Source: Styela clava
Taxonomy: Eukaryota
NCBI RefSeq assembly: GCF_964204865.1
Contig: NC_135261.1
Location: 19,778,001 to 19,842,000 of the forward strand
Direction of reading: 5' to 3'
Length of the DNA: 64,000 nt
The notes beneath the pieces were generated by a model. It saw only the letters and a program-made list of their open reading frames with translations, was not told where the DNA came from and did not search any database. Positions 37,720 through 50,574 of the stretch are shown here, in pieces. The translations under genes and the position numbers were made by a program. Within the stretch, counting starts at the first letter, position 1. Each line of letters opens with the position of its first letter.

Positions 37720-38074
37720 CTGAAATATATATCTACATTTTGAAGAGATTTTTAAATCACGTCCTTTTTCTTCCGGGAAATCAAACTTCCTTGCCAAATC
37801 TCTGTGAATTGAAAAAGATATTTAAAGTAATAGATTGATGTAGATTGATATAGAATGATTTCTTTGGAGCAGAAATAAAATAATCGTCGTAACGACCTAT
37901 GTTTTTCAGTCGGCACTATACCGCACGAGAATACATGAGTGCAAAAGTATTACATCATACTAACATACTTCACGGTCGAATGAATCCAACAACTTTTTGA
38001 GATTAATTATTTTTTCTTCTTCTTTCTGTTTCCGCACACTCAAACAACCTGGGAACGAAGATTGCTATCTTCAT
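37720..38074 (-). pseudogene. Family copy B: frameshifted exon 1 plus exon 2 only
   Basis: ATG AAG ATA GCA ATC... shifts frame and hits a stop before ...FDRE|gtatgt. Exon 2 reads DLARKFDFPEEKGRDLKISSKCRY; exons 3-4 are absent. Confidence 0.8.
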
Positions 38075-40048
38075 TGTTTAATATATCTTCATTACACAAA
38101 CTTTCTGAAACTTAGGCAAAACGACATATGACTTTTAAATTCACACAGTATGAATCAAATCCTAATGTTAAAGATAAAACCAGAATAAACCTGATATTTT
38201 GTAAAATTTCTAATGGTAAAGTATTATCAACCAAAAGTTAAATGTGGGCGTTCTATTATACAAAAATGTGTTGTTAGGTTGATCCCATATGTCTAATCCA
38301 GACAGAGAAGGCAAGATATAATAAATACAAAAAATAACGCATATTTTCGTGGTCCAGAGGCTGTATCAATTTCTCATATTTAACTAGAGATTGAAAAAAG
38401 GTTGAATGTTCGATGTACGTTTAATTACGTATAGGTAAAAAACACCAACTAGCATCGTAGCTGCGGTTCAGTGGTCTCCTAAGTTTATGAGATGAAACTC
38501 ATTCTGTATTTAAAACATTACAAACATTACTGTATTAAAACAACAAGAAGTGACACAATAAACAGTTCTTATAAAAATGTCAAAAGAGTTTATTGAGATT
38601 CTGTCCTCATAATCGCACAGAAGACAGTGCACTAAAACTAAAGTAATTAAATGTTGTTCCTAGATTTATTCATAGTTGAAATATATGAATATATTGAAAC
38701 ATATATACTATAAAATAAGATAAAATATCGTATATGTTTTTGATGTTTTTCAAACGTCTTGTACGTTTCATTGCATTTGATAAAACGAAGAGCATAACTT
38801 GTATTTCGCAAGATTTTGAGGTTTTTTTTTCATTAAGGGGCTTTGTTACAATGTACATCATGTGACATATGGACATTTCTATTATGGCTAAATATTTTTA
38901 TCAGTTTCAGAAGATTATATTACATAATGAGAAAATGTAATAGCATCATTTCAATTATAATCATGCGTTACATTAAAATGGTGTGCAGTCTCAATCACAG
39001 TGAGTTGTACATGTTCAAACCATTGTGTTTTCTATATTGTTGCAGGATATCCACTAGAATTTTTTTTGAGCAAAGAAGTCAGTAATCTGTTTCATTTTTG
39101 TCTTCATTTTATGCGAGAGAGTGAAAACAACAATTTTTTTGCAACGAATTTGATTTTTCCTAATGTCAATTATTTTGCATGCCTAAAGTATTCCGTTTAT
39201 AACTAAAATATATAGTTGGGGGTATGTTCATCCATATCATGAAACGTTATGGAATTTTGAATGTGATCTAAGTTTCTTGCGCATTTCAGTTAGACAACCT
39301 ACCCTCAAACTATCCCTATATGCTGTGTATGCCTAGCTACAAGAGGGCGCGCATAACTTCGACTTTCATTATCAAAGAAATTATCGCTAGTTAGCTTAGG
39401 CAGTGGATGTTTCTAAATGTATATTAGCACATCTGCCTAATTTGTAATCGTTTTTTTTTTCTTACTTCAGCCATACTTTCAGTAATTTTGATAGGTATGG
39501 AAAAATATTGATCTCGCGACTTGTGGCACTGCCCCCAATATTTTGTGTTGTTACAAAAAAATTTGCGAAAACGTCATACGTCCTTGCAATCTTCCACAAA
39601 GAAACATTTTCTCTCCTAGTTCTACGTGCAAAGTTAAGTTATTGATCCTGATTAATCATTCATATGGCGTAAATATGACAAGACTCATTGCTGCATTTAA
39701 TTGTAATTCAAAAATAATTCAAATTCAAGTCATTTACGGACATAAATGATCAACTGTACATGATACAATATCTGTACAGTTATTCCATATCTCTAAAAAG
39801 TTTCATTTTCTTTTTTTATAGTAGTCATAACCAGGGTAAGCCATCCTGCAGTCACATCCACATGGGGTCTGAAAAAAGGTAATAAGATTACTTTGGTTTT
39901 ACTGTTATAAACGAATGGGGTGGGCAGTTACAACCGCGTTTTTACAACAGCTTTGATAAAGACAAGCAGGCACGAGAAAATGCGCAGTGACAGTCAGCTC
40001 ATAGAAGTACATTAAAATTCAAATGATCCAAAACCGTCTATGCAACTT

Positions 40049-40270
40049 AAGAGTCCTGCTGCACACCAACACAAATGTATTTTCTTGTCATTGTTGTAAA
40101 CGGCTTATCTGAGGAAGTCTGATTTTGGTCAGACGAAACGTTATAGAAATACAAGAAATTTGTGTTAGTGTGCAGCAGGACTCTTGAACTGGATAGAATG
40201 GTATTTTTATTCCTACTACATCATCCTTGCATTATACGCATACGGATCCACTAACGCAAAGGCATTGAGG
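40049..40270 (+). mobile_element. Penelope-like terminal repeat (pLTR) fragment with short inverted 5' piece
   Basis: Homologous to 61860-62045. aagagtcctgctgcacaccaacacaaat is inverted relative to atttgtgttagtgtgcagcaggactctt. Contains a hammerhead core. Confidence 0.7.
40105..40146 (+). ncRNA. Minimal type I hammerhead ribozyme motif (Penelope-type), copy 1
   Basis: TTAT-CTGAGGA-A-GTCTGAT-TTTG-GTCAGAC-GAAACGTT-ATAG: core CUGANGA/GAAA, 7-bp stem II, palindromic stem III, stem I TTAT/ATAG. Confidence 0.75.
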
Positions 40271-40617
40271 ATGGGAGTGAGTCTCGACCAACTTCTACTG
40301 ATAGTCATAATCCTGTTTGCATTCTCAACAAAATGGCGGCCATTTTTGACTTATTAGTAACTAAATCATCGACATCAATGTGTTAATTTTTTACATATCG
40401 TATGTTACCTTTGCTTACAATATGAAAATGTTAAACGTTGTAAGTTAGTAGGGTAATAATAATTTGAAATAATTAATTTCAGACTACATTTATCTTTCAC
40501 GATTAGGCGGTAATATTATTGCATTGCTCATGCTATTAAATTAATGTTGTGTCCACAGCATCCTTTTCAATTTAGGAAAATCTGAAATTAGTAGATTATA
40601 AAACAATATTCAATTCG

Positions 40618-42119
40618 TTAATTACAATAACAACGCACCTTTATAACAACATCTCCTTCGTATAGCTTCCCGTTTTCTTCGTAGATTGTGTGTATGTCAC
40701 GAAAGCACCAAATAGTGAAGCATTTGCAAGAGACTTCTTCAGCGTCATCATCTTTTTCTGGTTCAGGATTAAAATTTTTGCTTTTTGAGGGATCCGGATA
40801 CAAATGTGGTTTTCCATCGGTTGAAGGTTTCGGGTACAACTCTTTGTCATCATGAGGTTTTGCAAACTTACAGCTTTGATTCTTGGTTCTATTAAATTCA
40901 TTTTGATGAACACTCATGTTAACACAAGTATATCTATCTTGAATGACAAACATTATCAATTTTAAACGTAACAAGTTGTTGTAGTTTAAGAAGACAAATA
41001 CGGCAAACTGAGCTTTCTTTTTCCTCAGTTTTAATAATGTAGTGCCAATTTTTTTTCTTACAAATGCGTATCAGAGTTCATGATCATTAGTGACGATGGT
41101 GTTAAATGCTACTTTCTTCTTTTTAGTTTTTTATTGTCAAAAAAATGTTGTTTGAGATACTTGTTTTTCTATAAATAATATTGCGTATTCCCATTGACCA
41201 GATTTTTTATAGAAATGATCATAATGGACTCTAATTATATAGTAGAAAATTGGGTATTTAAATCATTTTTAAATAACAAAGCAACTTACTTGCATTCGAC
41301 TGCAGCGTGGGGGAAAAACTTATATAATCGAACTATTTTTCTGCATTTTGTTGAGCCGTAGTAGGATTTCTGAATACATATTCTCTCCTTGCAACCAGAA
41401 ACCAAGTCACCGATGTTGTCGATGCCCTTTGGGACAGGACATGTTTTATTCGAGCGGGGGTATTTTCTGTATATGAAATCATTTCATTATCTGCTACAAA
41501 TATTAAAAGCGGCTATAAACGAAGTAGTCAATCGTTTTGATAGATGTTGATTTTACAATCGACGTAAAATTTAGTATACGATTGGGGTTGTTGTTTAATG
41601 ATATTTCGATGACAATATTCTAAAATGTACTTGTTTTTCTAAGATGAAACAATCGAGTTGTTAGCAATTTTAATTAAATCGGTGATTCGTTTGTGATAGA
41701 ACCAATGAACAGAAATAAAATCTCAATTGGTTTGGCAGAGAAAAAAAATAATTTCAAAATAAAAAAAACTAATATATACCCGAAATTTCTGCATTCTGGA
41801 GTGTTTTTGAGATCAAGTGCTTTTTCTTTCGGGAAATCGAAGAGCTTTGCAAAGTCGTCAGAGATCTGAAAAAATGTAATTCCAATGTGAAATAGAATAA
41901 TGTTAAATTTTCGAGAGTAGAATTAGAATAAATCTCTAAATGACCTCAGTATTTTGCTTGTCACAATGCCACACGAGAGGATCAGTGATAAACTCATACA
42001 TAATATTAACATACTTCAAGATCGAATGTGGCATAGAAATCTTCGATATTAACTTCTTTGCTATATTTTCTTCCGCACGCTCCAGCAATCAGGAAAACGA
42101 AGATTACTACTATCTTCAT
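40618..42119 (-). CDS. Secreted cysteine-rich protein, putative cystine-knot family copy C; exons 42015-42119, 41780-41865, 41290-41466, 40618-40888
   Basis: Exon 2 (86 nt) and exon 3 (177 nt) have the same sizes and phases as copy A: MKIVVIFVFLIAGACGRKYSKEVNIEDFYATFDLEISDDFAKLFDFPKEKALDLKNTPECRNFGKYPRSNKTCPVPKGIDNIGDLVSGCKERICIQKSYYGSTKCRKIVRLYKFFPHAAVECKTKNQSCKFAKP...EEVSCKCFTIWCFRDIHTIYEENGKLYEGDVVIKVRCYCN. All cysteines are conserved. Confidence 0.85.
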
Positions 42120-44789
42120 TGTTTAATATGCTTTTTTACTCAAGTTTTCTGAAACATAGGTAAACCTTTAGCTAACAAAGTTCTATCTTGTTATTTTGAA
42201 TTTGTACTTTACCCTGCATTAGCTAAATGACGGGAAAAAAATGTTCTAGAAAAATACATGATACAATTGGAATCTTTGTTCAAATTTTGATAGCAAACTT
42301 TTATTAAATAACATGTAAATTTTATACTTTGAATATGTTTTATAAACATATTTTATTTTCTCTGTTGAGTTGATTTCTCGAGCATCTACTTCTCAGTTCG
42401 AAGTGAAATGTCTTGATTGATATTCAAACGACTGGGCTATTTATACATTAATTCATTACGTGGATGTCATATGTCTTATGTAGATAAACAAACGGAAGAA
42501 TAAATATAGACCAACCACACCCACATTTTTCGTTGTTCAATCGCGGGCTTTATAATCAGGGGTATTACGTAAGTCACGAACATCACATTTTGTTAACTTG
42601 TTTTTGTTTGTGATTTCACGAGCTTATAAGATAAAATCTATCTCGTATTTTTGTCTTCTATAACATTCCAATAACATAACATCTAGCAATTGTAACATTA
42701 TAAACAGTTCCCATAAAAACATTGAATTTGGTTATGAACATGTTAAAGATGGCATTTAAGACTTTCCTTTTTTGTAGTTTATTTTCAAAAATAACTATTC
42801 TTGAATATGTTATCAGAATGTCTTAGATGTTGCTCTATATTTGTTAAAAGAAAAAGCATTTTTTATGCAGAATTTTCACGTGTTTTTCCACTGAAAGGCT
42901 TTGTTTGAATAAAGGCTTTGATTAAATTTACGCCATGTAGCCATTGAAATATTCGAACCTAAAAACGACTATATATGTTCATAAGTTTTATGAAAATTAT
43001 ATCACTTTTTGACCAAATTTCATAAATCGCATGATTCATCTTTTCATATGATCATATAACTTAAAAACATATTCGCACCCACGCAACGCTTTGAATTTGT
43101 GTGTTGTAGTTATTTAGATTAGACGCTATGTATGGATTTGATGGACAATGAAAAAAAAAACGGCAAATACGGTTTTGATATTCTCGTCCATGTTGCGATA
43201 ATAAATCTTTAATCTGCAAACAAAACAAAAGAATATATTTTGAAAAATTTATTCTGAATACTTAATTCAAAATGTGTTTTATAAATATATTTAACCATTT
43301 TAGTTGAAAACCTAAAAAAAAACTAAAATCCAAGTGCTAAAAGCTTCCTACGCTATATATAAATACTAGGCAATAGTAAGTAGCCTACAAAGATAAATAG
43401 ATTTGTCGATGTGAATGTTCAAGTAGATATAACCTAGTAAAACCAATCACAAAAAGTTCACACAGCCACTCAGTTGGCATCAAACACTTACTCAGACTTT
43501 TTCTAAATCAGTTTGTGACTCAAATAAAATGAGCCTACCTTACATTTTCTTCTTATTGATATAAGAATTTGTTAATATATCTTTCCCCTGCATGTTTATG
43601 CCTTTGTTTGTGAGAGTAATACTCGCACCCAGTTGATATATAAAACATAGTTAAAATTGATTCTGTTTATAAAATTTTGAAAACACGCTATGTTGGTCAG
43701 TTACTAGCCCAAGTCACTCTTCCGTGAGCATTGATGTAAATTGCAAATAACTTAAAGGCTGCGAAACATTTAAGATTTTTATTAATTTGTGATTAATACT
43801 AATTAATAACTAAACAAGAAGAAAATAAATATGAATACCATATATTAAAAAAAAAATCGAATTGACATAACTATACAAAGATAATTTACTATTCAGAGTA
43901 AAGTACTGAAAATCTGGGGTCTTGTTGAGTCTGATAGAAGAAAAGGATTGAAAACCACAAAAAGAGAAATAAAAAACTATGGCTGTGGTAAAAGAGCCAA
44001 AATCGCATTACCCACAAAATCTGTAAACCAACCAAATCAAATATATTGTGTCTTATATTTTTGCAATATTGTGCTGATTTGTGACTCATATTCTAGAAAC
44101 TTCATGAACAATCACAATTCACGACATTTGACCTTGTGGCATGTACTGATCGTTCATTGGTTTCATTGGTAAAAGCGTGTTTCTCAATCTTGTTTTAATT
44201 TATTTGAATACTTCATATTAGCATCGTCTATTTCATCGATTATAATCTCCAAGTAAAATTTTATCATAACTTGAATATAAACAAAAGAAACTAAGGAGTC
44301 AGAATTTAGTGTTTAAGACGTATTGTATGAAATTAACTATTAAAATATAACTGGCAATTCCTTCGAAGTTCTGAGTTTGATATGTGCAAATTTAGAAATA
44401 ATCTGAAATAGCAAGCAATTTAATTAAAAATTATTTATCACAATTTTGTTGGATTTGTGCATATCGGGCAAAACCGTTATAGAAATAACGTGTAATCTAA
44501 CAAAGCACATCAGCGAAAACAAACAAAAAAATTCTTGGTGTCATTGAGTGAACTAAAACATGGGAGATATTCTGATAAAATATATTTATATACTACCTAT
44601 ATATATCTTGAGAATGTCGGTAAACACATGTGACATTTTATCTTTGAAAAATGAAGTAAACAGGATGTTAAAAAAGACTTTTACTTTATTGTTTATCATG
44701 TTTATGAATAAGGAGGCGGAATATAAATAAATAATTTTAACTTTTCACAGAAGCTCTGTTTATTATTATTAGATCAATAAATAAAGTGT

Positions 44790-45110
44790 TTTTATTGGAC
44801 ACGAATTGTACATATGTATCGTTTTGTTATTATTATGTTGTTATTTTTGTTGTTCCTGTTAGAACTTCTTTCTTCTTGTTGTTTTAAAAAAATCGATTTC
44901 CTCATAAACTACCTTCAAAATTGCTTTAACTTTTCAGTAGCAAAAAACTGTATTTTCGCTAGAAGGCTATAAGTTTCATTTTTTTTCATAGATCTATGTG
45001 GGCACTGTGGGAGTGTGCAATGACGTCATCAAAGTTGAAATTGCGCACCCTGTGGCGGTTCCGCGTTCGCGACTTCGCATTGGTGGTCAGGCGAAGTCGC
45101 GAAGACTGCA
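44790..45110 (+). mobile_element. Helentron-like non-autonomous repeat, copy with terminal hairpin
   Basis: ggacacgaa start, (ttg/tta)n tract, core ctagaaggctat, tgacgtcatc, and a perfect 13-bp hairpin at 45066-45103. The class assignment is tentative. Confidence 0.5.
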
Positions 45111-46346
45111 CTACCGGGAGTCAAAACTCTGAATGAAAAAAGAGGGAATTCCCACCGAAATATTTGGTTCACAAGGTTTTCTACTTCTTCCACCCTTTGG
45201 GTAGGCGTTTAACATTTCTACCCTAACAACCCCACCCTAATCGATGCGAAGATCAACCTTCTTGCAAGCCTGCAAACGTACTATAACCACCCAAAGGAAG
45301 CATGAAAACACGACAGGTTTTCAAGATTTAACTAATTTATTAAAACAGTAAATATTCGGCGAAATTGACTACTAAAGGTCGCAAATAAATACAGTCGTAA
45401 TGAGAAAGTCAAGTTACGCCTTTTTTGTTTTTTGAATGGGAATTCTTCATTTGGCAGGAGCATAGGCATGCTGTGATGAATGTCAAGCTTTTCTGCTACC
45501 CAATGGTATTTGTAGATTGAAAAGCCTGCAACAAGAGTCCATCACTGCCATTGCTTTTGTGTAATTAAAGCTTCCATTCGAACTGTGATCTAGTGATAAT
45601 CCAGAGTTCATCATTGGAATGGACTTACAATCTAAAAATACAACAAAAAAAAAAGATTAGATGAGTATGTCTTTTGCAGTAGAGAAAAGGGTCGCGTGTT
45701 AATTTTGAACATATTCAATGAAAATGTTTCCAACTGAATTGGAGACCTTGTACTGAGCAAGGAATTTATGATAGTAATTTATAAAAGTGGTGAACAACAC
45801 AGACTAGCTATTTTTTCAGTTTGTCTTCTTACCTAGGTCATATTGAAATAGACGAATTTTACTAATCTAAGTTATATCCCAATCCACTAGGGCTTACTTT
45901 TTTTATATGATCCAGAATGTTTTATAAGATTAATTAAAACTCTACTTTTTAATTTAATTTTGTCCGGAGAGAACACAGCCCAGAAAAATGAGCAACTAGG
46001 CGCCCAGTTTTAAATCATACAGTTGAATAGGAGTTCTTGTTTACAGCACATGCACTTTTTGGCACGGCTATGAGTTCTGACTATTTATCGTCAAGCGCGA
46101 GTGTCATTTAGTCTGTCGACGTCGTTAAACTAAACCCAGCAAGATTATTCCCCCACGCAGCTATTAAATATTGTGATTTTAGTAATTTTAATTTCGTTTA
46201 AAACACGATTTCTCCATAGATTTATTGGCGTGGCCGCCTAAACTGTCTCAAAATAAACGATAGTAATTGTGAAATATTATAAAATAGTAAAATAAAAAAC
46301 ATTCTCGACGTTTTATAGGTACTTCTAGTCGGTGCTGATTGATATC

Positions 46347-46782
46347 CAGGCTTGTCCACTGGACATATTTTTCTGTCCCATTCCCATTCCATAGCAATTA
46401 TGCCTGTTTCATCCCATCCAATCCCATGGATTCATTGGAATAAAATTCAATAAAAATTGTTAAATTTAGGTTTAGCGTCTACTAAATAGGACTACATGTA
46501 CGAAGGGACATGCAAAACAACAAAATTTGCGGACAATATTAACTTTATATTCATAACTATCATAGATGTGTCCATCAGCCTCTTCACGAAATGTGTTGTT
46601 AATGCTAAATATATTTTGCTCTTCATAACTAACAAGATAGCTATGCTCAAATATAAGGACACGAAGTCCATAACTAAATGTTCTACCATCATTTCCCCGA
46701 AAATTATACAGTTTTCGTGTTCCACGGGGAAAAAAGTGTGCTGTTTCATTCCATGGGAATCCTATTCCCATGGACAAGCCTG
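46347..46782 (+). mobile_element. hAT MITE family B, copy 2
   Basis: TIR caggcttgtcca / tggacaagcctg; TSD ttgatatc / ttgatatg; homologous to 20850-21248. Confidence 0.9.
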
Positions 46783-47189
46783 TTGATATGCTTTTATTTC
46801 GACTGTAATATATTGACGCGGCGATTACGATTAAACACAAAATATTTTAAAAATGCTTTAAACTAAAACGTAAGGCGGCGGCGCTAGAATGCGTGGGCGA
46901 TATTCGTTATTCTTTTAAACATGAAAAACGATATTCGAAGCTCGCGATATTAATATTAAATTGGAACTGCACATCCCGGCCTATAAGTTTTCTAATTCAA
47001 CACGGAAATTACTAACGTCTGTGCACACAATGCATCTGAATCAATTAATGCATGTGGATACCAGACATCAATTTCATATTATGTGCTATATTTATTTTTC
47101 AATCTAAAATAATGTGTACTATGAATAACGCTAAAAGACCATTGTTTTAACCCGTCTGCCCTACACAGCACACTTAATTAAGGTAATAA

Positions 47190-47303
47190 TTACATAGTAT
47201 CGGTATCGGCAATGCCGGAATTTTTGTAATATCAGCATATCGGTATTTTTAGTTGGTATCGGATCGTTATCGGCGACAAAAAGTGGTATAGGTACATCTC
47301 TAG
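47190..47303. mobile_element. hAT-like MITE end fragment
   Basis: atcggtatcgg subrepeats ending in ...ggtacatctctag. Confidence 0.4.
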
Positions 47304-48169
47304 TTAAAACAAAACTGCTCAATCTTATATTCCGACAATCTCAGTCTTTTATTGAAACAAATCTGTGAAGCAAATCTACTTTTCTGATTGCATGAAGCAG
47401 TTGTGAAAAAAAAGTAATATATTATCTAAACTCAAGAAATTTAACATTTTCACAAGCACCTTGTATAATGTATTGATCATTACATGAAGTAATTTTAATA
47501 TAGAATTTATTTTCTTCAAAATGTGTATCGGGTTAGCAACCACATGTAAGCCGCCAGCAACATAACAAATGATAACAGAATATTGCGATTATGAACTGCA
47601 TAATTACCGTAATCAAAAAAAATCCATTGCTATTAGTTTTACACTAAATATCAAAATTGGATGACTGGTTAGTCCACGAATTCCAATGATATTTTTCCTC
47701 TTATGTTCATCTACATCTACACGTTCTTTTATCTAGGATCTAGATGACGTTCCGTACTTAATGTGATGCCCCAACAGGGCCTTGGAACGCTGTGCGTTGC
47801 TGCTCCAAATGTTCAATTGTCTCATATGCCAGAACTATTTTCTCCTTTTTTTGACTAAAATATATTGTGGGGTATGTACGATAGTTGCATGAAACGTGTT
47901 TGTAATCTTTGGAGCGATCTTGAGATTTTTCGCATTTCAGTTGGGCAATCTGATTTGTATCGTAAGTAAACTTGGTCAACCGACGTATCTCTAACTCCTA
48001 TAGGCACATTCGCCTAACGTGTGTATTTATATTCATTTGGACAAATTCTCCGATTTCTGCTCACAAATGTTGACACTTCCACATTGCTCAGTGCTTGTTT
48101 TGCAGTATTTTCATAACAAATATCGCTAAGATCAGAATTCTAACATTTTATATTTAGGCTAGGAAACAT

Positions 48170-50500
48170 CTGTTTTCGGACACGAAATGGACCTATAGAT
48201 CGTTTTTGGACACTTCAATGGACCTAACGATCGTTTCAATATTAGGTTGTTGTTGTTCTTGTTGTTATTATTATTATCCTTGTTCTTCAATACGTTATGA
48301 AAAAGTAGCTTTTCTCTTTGATTACTGAACCAATTACCTTGAAATTTCCAGTAATTAAAGATATAGTTTTTTTTCTAGAAGGCTATTACTTTTATTAACT
48401 TAAAATATTCCTCTGAGTTTTATGAAATTCGTTTTTTTTTTGTGAGCTATGACGTCATCAAAATTTCCCACCATGTGGCGACAAGTCTGCTGGTGAGTTA
48501 CCGTACCGAACAAAAGTGAATTCCAGCGTATTGTGTACATATATTGGAGCAGGTTCCATTACATTTGAACCCACGTACATTTGAACCCATGACAATTGTA
48601 CCTGTATGCTATTGCACCTATGGATTTTTTTTTGTTTCACGGATAGTTAAACCCATACTAACCCTAACCCATGGGTTTTAGCACCCGCATATAGATTGAA
48701 CCCGTGGATATACGCATGGGTTCAAATGTACATGGGTTCAAATGTACGGTCACCATTGGAGCATAGCTCTTTTGTTATGCTGGCACCCTTCTTCTCTTAT
48801 TGTTCCTTGTCACAGAAAAAATCGCTTTTCTCTTTGATTACTGCACTAATCTCTTTGAAATTTTCAGTGCTCAAAGAATAAATTTTTCGCTAGAAGGCTA
48901 TTACTTTTATTCATTTCAAATATTCCGGTGAGCTGTATGGGATTCGTTTTTTTTGTGTGCTATGACGTCATCGTCTGAATAAAAATAGCGGCACCTTGTG
49001 GCGATTGCGGCGTAAGCATATCAGCTGAGAAGCGAACGTAATTCTTGCTTAGCTAAGATTTGTTCAAGGGGGATGGTGAACTGCGCGGTACCTATTGTTA
49101 TAATACAGTAGTGACTCAGAAAGCTGGTGTTACCACAGTTGTGAGTCGGATCATCTTGCAATTTAATTTCACGCTGGCACAGGATAGGAACTGGTGAAGA
49201 TAGGGCAGTTCCGATATCGTAACATGGCACGGTGACACTAAACTAACCTTCTCATAAAAGCGGGGCTAGCACACACTTTTATAATTAATGTCTTTTAATG
49301 TGGGGGCTTTTTCTGGAATCGGTAAACTATGCAGTGCTGGGTGAGTCACCGCATTGTAACCCTGTAGCTGTTTTACAGTTCAGCTTCGTTCTGGATACCC
49401 TATAATTTTAGGTGAATTGATAATAAAATATTTCGTTTTGTCCTACGTTCCATATATTTTATCATAGCTATCTTGTAATGTTTTTGTTTTCAGAATTTCT
49501 TGTAATGTTCCTGTTTTTGTTGTTACGAAAAAATCTCTTTTCTCTTTTTCTACTGGACCAATTTCCTAGAAAATTTCAGTGATTAAAGATGTTTGTTGTT
49601 GCTAGAAGACTATTACTTTTAATTATTCCTAAATTTTCTTCGAATACCTAGAAGATCTGATATTCCATCCAAAATTTTGCTGTAATATTTTTTATTCATG
49701 GGAACACGATTTGTAATCCGCCAAGCGTGACGGCCATGCGGTAAGTTACTGAAAAAAGTAAAGTATTGTTAATGATTTAATATCACAGTTGGGAGTCCAA
49801 TAATTTGCATTTTAATTCACGTTGTTACAAGACGAGAGATTAATCATTGTCACAGTACCTGGTATAGCTTACCTGTACTAGTAAGTTATGATGGTCCACA
49901 GTTTCAACTTCGTCCAAGATGTGGTTTTAGAGAAGATTGTGGATGAAATGTTTCGTTTTTGCCATCGTGTTCAAATATTTGACGCATTGATCTCTTGTTT
50001 TAAAAGAAAAATCGTTTATACAATTCTTACATTACAGAAAGGACCCCTCTTGTAATGGTATTTCTGATTAAGCCATACTCTCTATAAATGATGGCAATCT
50101 TTTCTTGAAAAAGCTATTACTTTCATTTATTTCAAATATTCCTGATAGCTCTGTGGGATTCGTTTTTTCGACACGTGAAGGATTTGTTTTTATTCTGGCA
50201 CTCTTCTTGTTTTTTTGATCACGTGCTCATCGAACGTCGGTGGTCTGTAACGAAATGCTTGCTTTGCTAAGTCGTAGGTACCGGTGGTTATCGGTAGCGT
50301 CAAAGGTGAAGACTGCTTCGCTCTAATTAACGTGTCCATATATTTGAGCGTTGCTTTCTTGTTTTTATATGAAGTCAAGTTTATTTTTCCAACCAGTGAA
50401 ATCAACAACAATCGAACACGAATTACGAGAAAATAATAAAGACACAGTTTTACTGGTGAAGGGAAGTCGCGGGGAAACAAAGCTGGTCATCTAGCGACAC
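48170..50500 (+). repeat. Cluster of at least four partial copies of the Helentron-like repeat
   Basis: Core (ctagaa)ggctattactttt at ~48375, 48890, 49602 and 50110, with shared upstream cttttctctttgattactg...gaaattttcagt. Same family as 44790-45110. Confidence 0.65.
48552..48753 (-). mobile_element. MITE-like repeat with CTAACCCTAACCC, copy 3 (inverted)
   Basis: Reverse complement of copies 1 and 2; flanked by attggagca on both sides (possible 9-bp TSD). Confidence 0.8.
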
Positions 50501-50574
50501 CAGAGCTTCAATGAATAATTTAGGAGAAGGTTGAAATTTTAAAGTTTGGAATCTATTGTCTTTTACGCTGGCTT

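Larger units (their letters stand above)
45409..48146 (-). pseudogene. Multi-exon noggin-like cystine-knot pseudogene; remnant exons ~48020-48146, 47758-47997, ~47017-47085, ~45735-45766, 45409-45631
   Basis: Broken signal exon (RILILAIFVMKIL); ELEIRRLTKFTYDTNQIAQ; YEIDVWYPHALIDSDALC; IPCSVQGLQF-NCKSIP; YKYHWVAE / LTFITACLCSC. The motif order parallels noggin (LRSLLGGHYDPGFMA, FWPRY..GSC, SCSVPEGMVCKP, W.....IISECKCSC). Several frameshifts and stops. Confidence 0.6.
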
